Source: Thermoanaerobaculia bacterium (GTDB lineage: Bacteria > Acidobacteriota > Thermoanaerobaculia > Multivoradales > JAGPDF01). Taken from it: a stretch of 64,000 bases of DNA. The translations under genes were made by a program, and so were the position numbers. Where the stretch lies: assembly GCA_963821905.1 (NCBI GenBank), contig CAWGFP010000011.1, positions 378,922 through 442,921 on the forward strand. The letters run 5' to 3'. Position 1 is the stretch's first letter, and every line of letters begins with the position of its first letter. The notes beneath the pieces are model-generated. The model made no database searches, was not told the origin of the DNA, and was given only the letters and a program-made list of their open reading frames with translations. Below, piece by piece: positions 1 to 9,359 of the stretch.

Positions 1-669
1 CTGCGGGTTGACGTAAGTCTTCGGGATGCCGGTCGCGGTGTCGGTGACGGTCAATTCGACCCGGACATCGGTGAGGCCGCCGGCGAATACCCAGTAGCGC
101 TGGTTGAGGGCGCAGCCGTCGAGCACCTTCACCACGGTTTCGACGTTGCTGTCGGTGAAGAACCAGAGATAGCCGGTGTCCTCGGTCAGCTTCTCCACCT
201 GCGCGACACCGCTCTGCCCGGTGTTGGTCTGCCAGATTGCCCGGATCTGGAAGCGGTTCTGCTGCAGGCACAAGGTGGTCTCGTCCGCGCTGCAGACCGT
301 CGGCGCCGCCGCGACCTGGACACTGCCGCTCATATCGATGCCCCCGGGTCCACCGTGTACTTCGCAGAAGTAGGGGAACTCGCCGGCGGTGGGAAAGGCC
401 AGGGTGAAGCTCCACGCAGCTTCGCTCGGCGAGCCGTCGCCGCCGGAGTGATCGCAGCCGGCGGCGCAACGGAACGAGCCGTCGTCGGCGACCACGTTGT
501 GGTGATGCCCGCCTAGGTTGTTCGTCCAAAGGACCGTGTCGCCGGGCGCGGCGTGCACCACAGAGGGAGTGAAGGTGAAGTCAGCGACCACCACCACGTG
601 CTCCACGCCGCCGGCACGCGAAACCAGAGCGAGGAGCAGCAAGCCGAGAAATGTGGTGGGCTTGGTCAT
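1..669 (-). CDS. Secreted cupredoxin (type-1 copper) domain protein; its C-terminus lies beyond the window start
   Basis: Absent from the ORF track because it has no stop in the window. Own minus-strand translation from ATG 669-667 gives a signal peptide (MTKPTTFLGLLLLALVSRAGG). It also gives HHHNV and FPYFCEVHGGPGGIDMSG (His / Cys-x2-His-x8-Met copper-ligand pattern), then a Cys-bracketed domain (CSADETTLCLQQNRF...YLWFF...VKVLDGC). ATGA start/stop overlap with the upstream AAA+ gene at 666-669. Confidence 0.75.
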   Translation of the reverse strand, partial: MTKPTTFLGLLLLALVSRAGGVEHVVVVADFTFTPSVVHAAPGDTVLWTNNLGGHHHNVVADDGSFRCAAGCDHSGGDGSPSEAAWSFTLAFPTAGEFPYFCEVHGGPGGIDMSGSVQVAAAPTVCSADETTLCLQQNRFQIRAIWQTNTGQSGVAQVEKLTEDTGYLWFFTDSNVETVVKVLDGCALNQRYWVFAGGLTDVRVELTVTDTATGIPKTYVNPQ

Positions 670-2493
670 GGCCGGGCCCCGCGCCTCAGGCCAGCCGCAG
701 CGTCGCGCTTGATCTCGTTGATCCGCGCCTGCACCTCGCCGCGGTCGAGGTCGCGGTACTGCTCGGGCAGCAGCTCGCGGCTGGTGCACTCGAGCACGGC
801 GCAGAGGATCTGCATCTCGCGCTCGAGGGTGTTGGCGGGCGGGATGAAGTCGGCGAAGGCCTTCTTGAGGTGCTCGGCGGTGACCTCGGTCGCCTCGGCG
901 GCCTCGGCCTCGAGCGTCGGCGCGCACCAGCACCGCTTCGAGGTCGGAGCCGGAGAGGCCCAGCAGCATCGCCGTCGTCGGCGACCTCGCGACACGCTCG
1001 TCGACCGTGGTCTTCGAGCCCGAGCTTCTTGCGCATCACCTGGTAGATCTCGTCGTACTCCGCCGACCGTCTCGGGGTAGAAGAGCGGGATGTGCTCCTC
1101 GGCCCGGCCCTGGCGCTTGAGGTCGATGGGCAGCAGGTCGGGCCGGGCGGTGATCAGGAACCAGAGGATCTTGCCGCGGTTGCGGGTGTCGCCCATGAAC
1201 GTCGCGATCTGGGCGAAGACGCGGTTCTGGGTGCCCGAGTCGCCGCGACTGCTCGCGGTTGCCGAGCGCGGCGTCGGCCTCGTCGATCACCACGCCGACC
1301 GGCGTGAGCGACGGCGAGGATCTTGAGGATGCGCTCCAGGTTCGACTCGGTCGAGCCCACCCACATCGAGCGGAAGTTCTTGAGCTTCACGCACGGGAAA
1401 GCCGATCTCGTTCGCGAAGCACTCGACGAGGAAGGTCTTGGCGCTGCCCACCGGGCCGCAGACCAGGTAGCCCATCGGCACCGCCGCCGGGTTGCCGCGC
1501 GCGATGGCGCGCGCGGCGCGGCGCAGGCGGTCCTTGACCGCCGGCATGCCGGCCACCATCGAGAGGTCGTACTTGGGCTCGACGTACTCGAGCAGGCCGA
1601 GGCCTTCGGTCTCGATGACCTCCTTCTTGATGCCGCCGCACGCGCGTCGCGCGGTGAGTCGCTCGCCGTTGGCGTCGGCGCCGTCGAGGATCTGGCCGAG
1701 CTGCACGCGGGTCATGCCGGCGGTGAGCTCGGCCAGGCGCTCGCGCGGCAGCTCCGACATGCTCGCGCGTACCAGTCCGGCGGCGCGCACCGCCTCCAGG
1801 TACTCGAGCCGCTCCGCCGCGTCGGGCCGCACGATCTCGACCTCGCGCGTGGCGTGCGAGCGCACCAGCTTGGGATCGAGCTCGGCCAGGCTCTCGGTGA
1901 CCAGCACGATGACGATGTTCTTGGCCAGCAGCACCGGGTCCTGCGACCACTTGCGCAGGTAGACCAGGACGGCGCGGTCCTCCGGGCGTGCGGTACGAGG
2001 CCTCGGCGGCCGGCACCACGGTCTCGGCGAAGGGCAGCATCAGCACCACCGGCCGCGCCGGCTGCTGCGCCGCGCAGTGCCGGAAGTAGGAGTCGAGCAG
2101 CGCGAAGCAGTTCGGCGGCGTCGCGCGGCAGGCGCCGTCGGCCCAGGTGGTGCCGTGCACCGCGTCGTAGGCCTCGCAGCCGCTCCTCGAAGTGCGCGCG
2201 CGCCTCGGGCGTGGCGAAGCCCAGCCCCTCGGCGCGGTTGTAGGTGACGATCGAGGGCCAGCCCGCGAAGAGCTCGCCGGTCAGGAACTCGTCGAGCGAC
2301 AGGAAGCGCGAGGCCGCGCGGCGCTGCGCACCGGCACCAGGTCGGCGGGCACGCCGTGGAGCACGAAGGTGTTGGCCTGCTTGGCGCGCACGGCGCGCAC
2401 CAGCTCGGCCGCCCAGGGCGGCAGCGACTCGACGAAAGCGCGGGCTGCCGGCGCCGCGGCGCCGGCGGCGGTGGAAGTGGTCGGTTCCGCCAT
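666..2493 (-). CDS. Classical-clade AAA+ ATPase (degenerate N-terminal module + active C-terminal module); reading frame broken at least 7 times
   Basis: ATG at 2493 with AGGAG upstream (MAEPTTS...). Pieces lie in ORF-track entries 2281..2556, 1387..2160, 1287..1934, 1154..1390, 1036..1293, 686..1039 and 666..1196. One piece is in an unlisted frame (RFLSLDEFLTGELFAGWPSIVTYNRAEGLGF). Motifs: Walker A GPVGSAKT, Walker B VVIDEAD, SRH-like ITARPDLLPIDLKRQGR. Confidence 0.8.
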
Positions 2494-2494
2494 C

Positions 2495-3387
2495 TCAGCT
2501 CCTGTTGCGCGAGCCGTCGCGCAGCCGCCGGCCAGCCGGGGTGTTCTCCACCGCATCCACGAAACGGGCGCCCGCGGCGTCGCGCAGGCGTTCGCCGGTC
2601 GTGGCCTCGATCATCTCCGGCATGCCACCGAGCAGGCGCTCCATCTCCTCCACCGACCTGGCGTCGGTTTCGGCCTGCTGGAGGACATCGTCGATCTCGA
2701 GCGAAAAGGCGCGCGCGTCGGTGGCCGCCACCGACTTGTGATGCAGCAGCTGAAGCAGCGACTCGAGCGAGTCGAGCTCGGCGAGCAGGGCCATGCGGTT
2801 GGTCTGATTGCGCTCGCCCGTTTCGAGCAGCTTCTCCTTGATCGACAGGTTCTGGGCGTAGGCCTCGCGCACCCGGTCGTTGAGACTGGCCTGGCCGAGC
2901 GCCTCGCGCAACTTCTTGACGTCCGCGCCGATGCGGCCGGCATCGAAGAGCGCGCCCATCTCGTCGTACTTGCGCAGCAGCCACAACCGCCGCACGCAAG
3001 ACGCCAGGATGGCGTCGAACTTCTGGGTCTGCTCGGTGAGCAGTCCCTGGCTCTCGCTCGACAGGCCGCGGTAATTGTCCTCGATCTGCTTGCACAGCCC
3101 GGCCAATCGTGAGAAGCGCTCCTTGGCCGCCACCGGCAGCTCCTCGAGCCGCTGGTCGAGCGACATCGCCTCGCTGTTGCGGGCGGCGTACTTCTTCTCG
3201 ATCTCGATGCGCCGCTTCAACCGCTCGAGGATGAACGGCATGGTCATCAGCTCCGCCCCGGCGAGCAGCACCAGAGGCAGCGGATTCGCGAACAGAAGCG
3301 AGAACGCCGCCGCGCCGCCGATCAGCAGGGCCTGATACTGGTTGGCGACGGCGCGCTTGAGGACCGGATGACGGTCGAGGAAGGACA
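2495..3387 (-). CDS. Membrane-anchored coiled-coil protein of unknown function
   Basis: C-terminal ~297 codons of ORF 2495..3625, with start placed at GTG 3387 (VSFLDRHPVLKR...). The longer ORF would run through the divergent promoter of the 3489 gene. Hydrophobic hairpin ALLIGGAAAFSLLFANPLPLVLLAGAELMTMPFIL, then a long heptad-rich helix. Its stop is 1 nt from the AAA+ start. Confidence 0.65.
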
Positions 3388-3488
3388 CGGTGGTAGGAAT
3401 CCTATATCGCCGCGTCACGCGCTTCTTGACCGCCCATGGGCAAGGGCGTAGCGTGTCCTCGCCAATCCCGCACGCCAGGAGGTCCGAA

Positions 3489-4676
3489 ATGCCAACGCGC
3501 CGACATTGCAAGCAGTGGCTCGCGCTCACCGTTGCCACCTTGGGCCTGGCGACGGGCGGCTCCCCACTGTCCGCACAGACCTGCGGCCCGTTCACCGATG
3601 TTCTCGCCGCGGACGAGTACTGCAATTCGATTCTCGAGATCTATTACCTCGGGATCACCGCCGGCACGTCGCCGACGACTTTCGGGCCCAGTCTGCCGGT
3701 GACCCGCCAGGTCCTGGCTGCTCTGCTGGCCCGGGCCGCCACGGGAGGGGCACAGGCCAACGCCAGCCGGCGGGCAATTCTCGGCCGGTACTGGACGACC
3801 GGCGCCCCAGACGCGCTCGGCCTGACGGCGGTCGGGGACCGTCCCTTCTTCGCCAACTGCGACGGCACCGACGTCTGGGTGACCAACGTCGACAGCTCCA
3901 ACGTGTCGCGGGTGCGCGGCAGCGACGGCAAGCTCCTCGCCACGTGGACCGGGACGGTTGGACCACGGGGTGTACTGACGGCCATGGGCGCGGTCTTCGT
4001 AACCGGCATTTCGAGTCCTGGCGTCCTCTATCGCATCGACCCGAGAGAAGACCCGGCCGGGGTTGCGGTCGCGGTTACGAGCAGCCTCGGAAACGCGCCC
4101 GTGGGAGTCGCCTTCGACGGCTCGAAGATCTGGACGGCCAACTCGGGCGGTTCGGTCTCGATCGTAACGCCGGGGACCTGGAGCGTCACGACCGTGACAG
4201 CCGGCTTTGAGGCTCCGGTGGGAATCCTCTACGACGGTGCCAACATCTGGGTGACCGACTCGGGCGACAGCGCCAATACTCTGCTCAAGCTCAACCAGAA
4301 TGGAGGCATCCTCCAAACCGTGCCGGTCGGCACGGATCCCACTTTTCCGATTTTCGACGGCACCAACATATGGGTCCCCAATATCAGCGACGATTCGGTG
4401 ACCGTTGTTCGTGCCGCGAACGGCGCGGTTCTCACAACCCTGACCGGCAATGGCCTGGCCGATCCGATCGCGGCGGCATTCGACGGTCAGCGCATCCTGG
4501 TGACCAACGACACTGATTGGAGCGTCTCGCTCTGGAGGGCCGCCGACCTCGTTCCCATCGGCTCCTTCTCGCTTGGGACGCCCACCGGGCCGTCCACCGG
4601 GCCTCAAGGGGTCTGCAGCGACGGCATCTACTTCTGGATCGTTGTGAAAGGCGCCGACCAGCTGGTGCAGTTCTGA
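3489..4676 (+). CDS. Secreted SLH-like domain + 7-bladed beta-propeller protein, paralog 1
   Basis: GGAGG then ATG at 3489 (MPTRRHCKQWLALTVATLGLATGGSPLSAQ signal peptide). SLH-like segment FTDVLAADEYCNSILEIYYLGITAGTSPTTFGPSLPVTRQVLAALLARA. About seven repeats of the type DG.NIWV.N...SV. Ends ...DQLVQF. Confidence 0.85.
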   Translation: MPTRRHCKQWLALTVATLGLATGGSPLSAQTCGPFTDVLAADEYCNSILEIYYLGITAGTSPTTFGPSLPVTRQVLAALLARAATGGAQANASRRAILGRYWTTGAPDALGLTAVGDRPFFANCDGTDVWVTNVDSSNVSRVRGSDGKLLATWTGTVGPRGVLTAMGAVFVTGISSPGVLYRIDPREDPAGVAVAVTSSLGNAPVGVAFDGSKIWTANSGGSVSIVTPGTWSVTTVTAGFEAPVGILYDGANIWVTDSGDSANTLLKLNQNGGILQTVPVGTDPTFPIFDGTNIWVPNISDDSVTVVRAANGAVLTTLTGNGLADPIAAAFDGQRILVTNDTDWSVSLWRAADLVPIGSFSLGTPTGPSTGPQGVCSDGIYFWIVVKGADQLVQF

Positions 4677-5048
4677 TCGGGGCGACCGGCTCCAGGGCGG
4701 TCGACAGCAGCTCTCAGGGCGATCCCGAGATCCCGGCCGCGGCGGCTTCGGTCAGAGAGTCACGAAACCCATCCCGCAAGCGAGTGACGATCTCCGCCAC
4801 CGACGCGGGGCATGGCGCCCCCTGATCGAGCGCGAACGAGTTCGCGCGCCCGCTGCGCCCGTACCAGGTGAACCGCTGCACGGGATTCGCACTCGCCGAC
4901 GCGAAGAACAGATACGCCGTTCGCACAGGCAGCTCGCAGTCTTCCTGGCTGCCAATTCGCGCCTCGGCGAGATCGGCGCGAGTCACCGCCATGCCCGCCG
5001 GGTTCACGCTGCCGTCGGCGAAGAGAAAAGTCGGCGCGCCGTCGGGGT

Positions 5049-5127
5049 GTTGGCTACCCAGAGGTCCGCGCCGTCCGACTTCACGAACACCGGGCCGAGG
5101 CCGACGCTCGTCACGCCCGGGTTGCCC
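5049..5127 (-). pseudogene. Inverted fragment of a fourth propeller paralog (region just before and including blade 1)
   Basis: Own translation of a short open stretch on the minus strand: GNPGVTSVGLGPVFVKSDGADLWVAN. Compare paralog 2 (GPGTLDSTVLGGALHFCKSDGSDMWVVH) and paralog 1 (CDGTDVWVTN). The match is short, so confidence is moderate. Confidence 0.4.
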
Positions 5128-5194
5128 GGCGGCGGCGGCCGCCGGAGAGTTCAAACCGTTTCCGGTCAGATCCTCTCGGCCATGGGCCGGGAGG

Positions 5195-5301
5195 TCGCGA
5201 GTCCGGGCGAGCGACGGCAAGCTCCTGGAGACTTGGACAGCAGCGACGGCGTCAACTTCTGGATCGCGCTCGCCGGGGCGGGTCAGCTGGCGCGGTTCTG
5301 A
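5195..5301 (+). pseudogene. Remnant of a fourth propeller paralog: blade-1 motif fused out of frame to the C-terminal end
   Basis: SRVRASDGKLLETW (frame of ORF 4868..5488) matches SRVRASDGKLLDTW of paralog 2. Immediately afterwards, in another frame (ORF 5047..5301), SSDGVNFWIALAGAGQLARF-stop matches the paralog C-termini (CSDGIDFWIALTATDKLARF). The last 15 nt before the stop codon are identical to paralog 3. Confidence 0.7.
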
Positions 5302-5466
5302 GCGTTGGTCGGAGTCCGTTTGCCGGTTCACGGCACCTTCGTCGCGGCGTGATAGTTTCACCCGGTCCCCTCACCAATCGAGGAGAAGCACCATGCCGAC
5401 GTCACGCCGTCCTGGGCGGTGTGGACTTGGCTCCGTCTGCTCTCCAAACCCACCGGGAGGTTTCGA

Positions 5467-6636
5467 ATGCCGACGCCCCTTCATCTGACGCCATGGCTCG
5501 CACGCACCGTCGCCGTTCTCGTCTTGGGAGCGGCCGCCCCGTCGCTTTCGGCGCAGTTCTGCGGCCCCTTCGACGACGTTTCCGGTAGCAACCCGTTTTG
5601 CGAGGCGATCCTCGAGGTCTACTACCGCGGAATCACTGCTGGAACGTCGCCGACGACGTTCGGCCCGACCCTACCCGTCACTCGCCAGCAGATGGCGGCA
5701 TTCGTCGCTCGGGGCTCCGACGCCGCGAGCGCCGCGAGCGCCAACCGCCGGGCGGCGCTCGATCAGTTCTGGACGACCCAGGGCCCGGGCACGTTGGATT
5801 CGACGGTGCTCGGTGGCGCCCTGCATTTCTGCAAGTCGGATGGCAGCGATATGTGGGTCGTTCACAGCGATACCGTGTCGCGGGTGCGCGCGAGCGACGG
5901 CAAGCTCCTGGACACCTGGACGGGAGCGTCGTCCGGGGACAGCGTGCGGTCGGCGATGGGCAAGATCTTCGTGGCGGCCTCGCTCGATCCCGGGGCGCTC
6001 TATCGGATCGATCCGCGCCTGCCGGCGGGAGCCGTCACGACCGTGGCAACCAACCTCGGAGCCTTCCCTAGCGAAATAGCGTTCGACGGCGCGCGGATCT
6101 GGACGGCGAACTACGGAGGCTCCGTTTCGATCATCACGCCCGGCGGGGCTTCTCCATGGAGCGTCACGACGGTTTCGGCAGGGTTTTTCTCCCCGCGCGG
6201 GATCCTCTACGACGGCGCCAACATCTGGGTGACTGACAGCGGCGGCGGAGCAATCCGCAAGCTCGACGCGAACGGGGCCATCCTGCAGAGCGTCCTGGTC
6301 GGTGCGACCCCGACGCATTCGGTCTTCGACGGCACCAACATTTGGGTCATCAACTACAGCTCAAACTCGGTGACCGTCGTCCGCGCCGCCAACGGCGCGA
6401 TCGTGGCAACGCTTTCGGCCAACGGATTGAACGGACCTCTTGCCGGCGGCTTCGACGGCCAGCGAATCCTGGTCACGAACTACGACGGCGACAGCGTCTC
6501 GCTCTGGCGGGCGTCCGACCTGGCCGCCATGGGCTCGTTTGCGACCGGAGCCGGGACGTTTCCACTCGGTGCCTGCAGCGACGGCATCAACTTCTTTCTG
6601 ACGTTCAACGGCACGGGTGAACTGGCACGATTCTAG
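5467..6636 (+). CDS. Secreted SLH-like domain + 7-bladed beta-propeller protein, paralog 2
   Basis: GGAGG-N6-ATG at 5467, the same RBS/start architecture as paralog 1 (MPTPLHLTPWLARTVAVLVLGAAAPSLSAQ). SLH-like FDDVSGSNPFCEAILEVYYRGITAGTSPTTFGPTLPVTRQQMAAFVARG. Repeats DGANIWVTDSGG and DGTNIWVINYSSNSV. Ends ELARF. Confidence 0.85.
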   Translation: MPTPLHLTPWLARTVAVLVLGAAAPSLSAQFCGPFDDVSGSNPFCEAILEVYYRGITAGTSPTTFGPTLPVTRQQMAAFVARGSDAASAASANRRAALDQFWTTQGPGTLDSTVLGGALHFCKSDGSDMWVVHSDTVSRVRASDGKLLDTWTGASSGDSVRSAMGKIFVAASLDPGALYRIDPRLPAGAVTTVATNLGAFPSEIAFDGARIWTANYGGSVSIITPGGASPWSVTTVSAGFFSPRGILYDGANIWVTDSGGGAIRKLDANGAILQSVLVGATPTHSVFDGTNIWVINYSSNSVTVVRAANGAIVATLSANGLNGPLAGGFDGQRILVTNYDGDSVSLWRASDLAAMGSFATGAGTFPLGACSDGINFFLTFNGTGELARF

Positions 6637-6710
6637 GAGTGCGGCGGCCGGTCAGTCGCCGCACTAAGGCAACGTCCGCTAGAGTGGCGGCCTTCCTGGG
6701 AGGGATGAGA

Positions 6711-7862
6711 ATGCCGCAAGCTCTGGCCGCCGCACTCCGCCGGTTCGCCGTCGCCGCATCGATCGCCATGGCCGTGGGCGCTCCGGCGCAGGGCGTCGAG
6801 CTTTGCGGTCCCTTCACCGATGTGCTGCTGACGGATCCCTTCTGCCCGTCGATTCTCCAGATCCATTCCATGGGCATCACCGCGGGAACGTCGATCAGCA
6901 CCTTCGGCCCCACGCTGCCGGTGACTCGGCAAGTGCTAGCGGCGCTGCTGACCCGCGCCTCCGGCTCGCAGGCCAAGGGGCTCGGCCGCCGTGCCGCGCT
7001 CGGACAGTTCTGGAACACGACGAGTGTGGATGCGGTGACCCTGACGACGGTTGGCAGCCAGCCCCAGTACTGCAAGTCCGACGGCGCCCATGTCTGGGTC
7101 AGCGTGGCGGCGAGCGACGAGGTCAAGCGCGTGCGGGCGAGCGACGGCAGGGTGCTCGACACTTGGACGGGCGCCACGGATCCGAGAAGTGTGTTGGTCG
7201 CGATGGGCAAGGTTTACGTCACCGGGGCCAACTCGAACCTCTACGTCTTGGACCCCGCGGCCCCAGCAGGCGCGGTGACGACCCTGACGAGTGCCCTGAC
7301 CCTCCTCACGTCGGGTATCGCCTTCGACGGCGCCCGCATCTGGGTGGGAAGTAGTGGGACCTCGCTGTCCATCGTGACGCCCAGCGGAACGGTGACCACG
7401 GCGGGAGGCTTCTTGGCCCCAACCGGTATCCTCTACGACGGGGCCAACATCTGGGTCACCAACTTCTCCGGGAACACGCTGCAAAAGCTCAACGCCTTGG
7501 GAGCGGTCATGACTACCGTCGCCGTCGGCGCGTCGCCCTTCCACCCCGTCTTTGACGGCAGCAACATCTGGGTACCCAACTTCTCCGCAAGTTCGGTGAG
7601 CGTGGTGAGCGCCGCCTCCGGCGCGGTGGTGGACACGCTGACCGGCAATGGACTTTCCGCCCCGTGGCAAGCGGCTTTCGACGGCGAACGGATCCTGGTG
7701 ACCAACCTCGGTGGGGACAGCGTGTCGGTGTGGAGAGCCGTCGACCGGGAGCCACTCGGAACGTTGGCGCTCGGTGGCGGCACCTCGCCCTCGGGGGTCT
7801 GCAGCGACGGGATCGACTTTTGGATCGCCCTCACCGCAACGGACAAGCTGGCGCGGTTCTAG
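6711..7862 (+). CDS. Secreted SLH-like domain + 7-bladed beta-propeller protein, paralog 3
   Basis: GGGAGG then ATG at 6711 (an in-frame ATG at 6705 is also possible). Signal peptide MPQALAAALRRFAVAASIAMAVGAPAQG. SLH-like FTDVLLTDPFCPSILQIHSMGITAGTSISTFGPTLPVTRQVLAALLTRA. Same blade motifs as paralogs 1 and 2. Ends KLARF. Confidence 0.85.
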   Translation: MPQALAAALRRFAVAASIAMAVGAPAQGVELCGPFTDVLLTDPFCPSILQIHSMGITAGTSISTFGPTLPVTRQVLAALLTRASGSQAKGLGRRAALGQFWNTTSVDAVTLTTVGSQPQYCKSDGAHVWVSVAASDEVKRVRASDGRVLDTWTGATDPRSVLVAMGKVYVTGANSNLYVLDPAAPAGAVTTLTSALTLLTSGIAFDGARIWVGSSGTSLSIVTPSGTVTTAGGFLAPTGILYDGANIWVTNFSGNTLQKLNALGAVMTTVAVGASPFHPVFDGSNIWVPNFSASSVSVVSAASGAVVDTLTGNGLSAPWQAAFDGERILVTNLGGDSVSVWRAVDREPLGTLALGGGTSPSGVCSDGIDFWIALTATDKLARF

Positions 7863-7887
7863 GAGGCCTCAGCCGCCGGCCGGCCGC

Positions 7888-8650
7888 TTAGCCTCCCGCC
7901 TGCGGTAGTTTCTCCGGCGCCTTCTGGCCCGGCGCCGCCTCCGGGAACGGCGCCGCTTCCTTCACCGCGTCGGCCTTCTTCAGGCCCATCTCGATCTCGA
8001 ACTCGTTGAGGATCGACTGCGCCTGGAGCTCGCGGCGCCTTGCGCTCGAGCTTGATGCGCTCGACGTCCATGCCGCCGGTGGCGACTTCGACCGCGGCCT
8101 TGGACTCGGCTACTTTCTGCTTGATCTCCTCGAGGTACTTCTCGGCGGTGGCGGCGGTGCCGTAGGTGTCGAGCTCGGCGAGCGCGCTGGCGGCCTGCTT
8201 CATGACCTCGGCCTTCTTCGACTCCTGGATCGCGCGGCGGGCTTGCTCGATGCGCGCCTTGAGCTTTTGCTTGATGTCGTCGACCGAGAGCTGGGCGTTA
8301 TAGAAGGCGTTCGACGCCGCGGCGTGCTGCTCGCGGGTGGCGGTGAGGTCGTGGCGCACCTGCTGGAGCGCGAGAGCGTCGGCCTCGGCGATCTTGCGCG
8401 CCTCGGCCGTGCCCTCCTTGAGCGCGGCCTGGATCGACGCGATGAGCTGGCGCTCCTTGCCCTCGAGCTCGTTTTTCTCCTGCTCGAGCCGGATCACGGT
8501 GGCGCGCGTCGTCACCAGGATCTGGTTGAGGCGCGGCAGGGTGTTGCGCATCTCCTCGATCGACTCCTGGAGCATGACCTCCGGGTCCTCGGCGAAGGAG
8601 ATGAAGTAACCGAGCCACGACTTGATCAGCCTGCCCAAGCGACCAAACAT
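7888..8650 (-). CDS. pspA: PspA/IM30/Vipp1-family protein; one frame disruption near 8035-8040
   Basis: GGAGA then ATG at 8650: MFGRLGRLIKSWLGYFISFAEDPEVMLQESIEEMRNTLPRLNQ..., a long coiled coil (ORF 7859..8899). After ...ERIKLERKA, removing one base restores RELQAQSILNEFEIEMGLKKADAVKEAAPFPEAAPGQKAPEKLPQAGG with stop TAA at 7888-7890. Confidence 0.85.
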
Positions 8651-8660
8651 TGCGGTCTCC

Positions 8661-9359
8661 TTACGAGTCCTCGGCCTGCGAGCCGAGCGAGATCGGGTTT
8701 TCCTCGATGAACGGGGCGACGGCATCGTAGAGCTTGCGCTCCTCGATGCGCTTGCGCGCCTGCCACTCCGTGAAGCGGCGGGTCTCTTCTTCGAGCGCCA
8801 GCTTGCCCTTCTCCTGGGCGTCTCGCTTCTGCTGTAACAGGGCGTCGATCTCGGCCTGCAGGCGAGCGCTCTCCTGCTCCGCCTTGGCCGCCTTCTCATT
8901 CAGCTTCTGGCGCAGGAAGTCCTCGAACTTGTCGAGCGCCTGATCGCGCCGCACGGCGTCCGAGATGACGTCGCGGATCGGCACCGGCCCGGAAGGGTTC
9001 ATCCTGAGGAAAGCGGCGAGCGCCTGCGCCTTGGACTTGGCGTCGAGCGCCGCCAGATCCGGCGAGGACACGATCTCGAGCACCTTGTAGGCCGAGAAGC
9101 CGTGCGCCGGCGCCTGGATGCCGGCGGCCCGGAAAACCTCCTCGAAGCTCGGCCCGCCGGCCTGCCCGGCCGCCGCCGGAGCCACCTTGCCGGTGTCGAG
9201 ACGAGGCGGTTCGATATTGGCCAGGATCTCGCGCATCTCGTCGCGCGGCGGCGTCGAGCGCGGCGTCGAGCGGGGCCCGCCGGTCGGCGGGGTGGCGGCC
9301 GTGGCCGATTCCTCGGCCTCGACCAGCTTCATCTTCTTCAGCACGTCCTTGAGTCCCAT
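8661..9359 (-). CDS. Hypothetical coiled-coil protein directly upstream of pspA
   Basis: ORF 8661..9368. I prefer ATG 9359 (MGLKDVLKKMKLVEAEE...) over the TTG at 9368. Pro/Thr-rich linker, then SAYKVLEIVSSPDLAALDAKSKAQALAAFL and a helical KAEQESARLQAEIDALLQQKRDAQEKGK region. Its stop is 10 nt from the pspA start. Confidence 0.65.
   Translation of the reverse strand: MGLKDVLKKMKLVEAEESATAATPPTGGPRSTPRSTPPRDEMREILANIEPPRLDTGKVAPAAAGQAGGPSFEEVFRAAGIQAPAHGFSAYKVLEIVSSPDLAALDAKSKAQALAAFLRMNPSGPVPIRDVISDAVRRDQALDKFEDFLRQKLNEKAAKAEQESARLQAEIDALLQQKRDAQEKGKLALEEETRRFTEWQARKRIEERKLYDAVAPFIEENPISLGSQAEDS

Noticed and set aside
4714-5361. 215-aa minus-strand ORF between propeller paralogs 1 and 2 as a genuine gene.
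   Set aside because: Its upstream half is out of frame relative to the recognisable inverted paralog fragment and is Arg/Pro-rich. Only the last ~110 codons (4714-~5040) look protein-like, and I recognise no family. I treat it as part of the rearranged remnant and not as a supported CDS.
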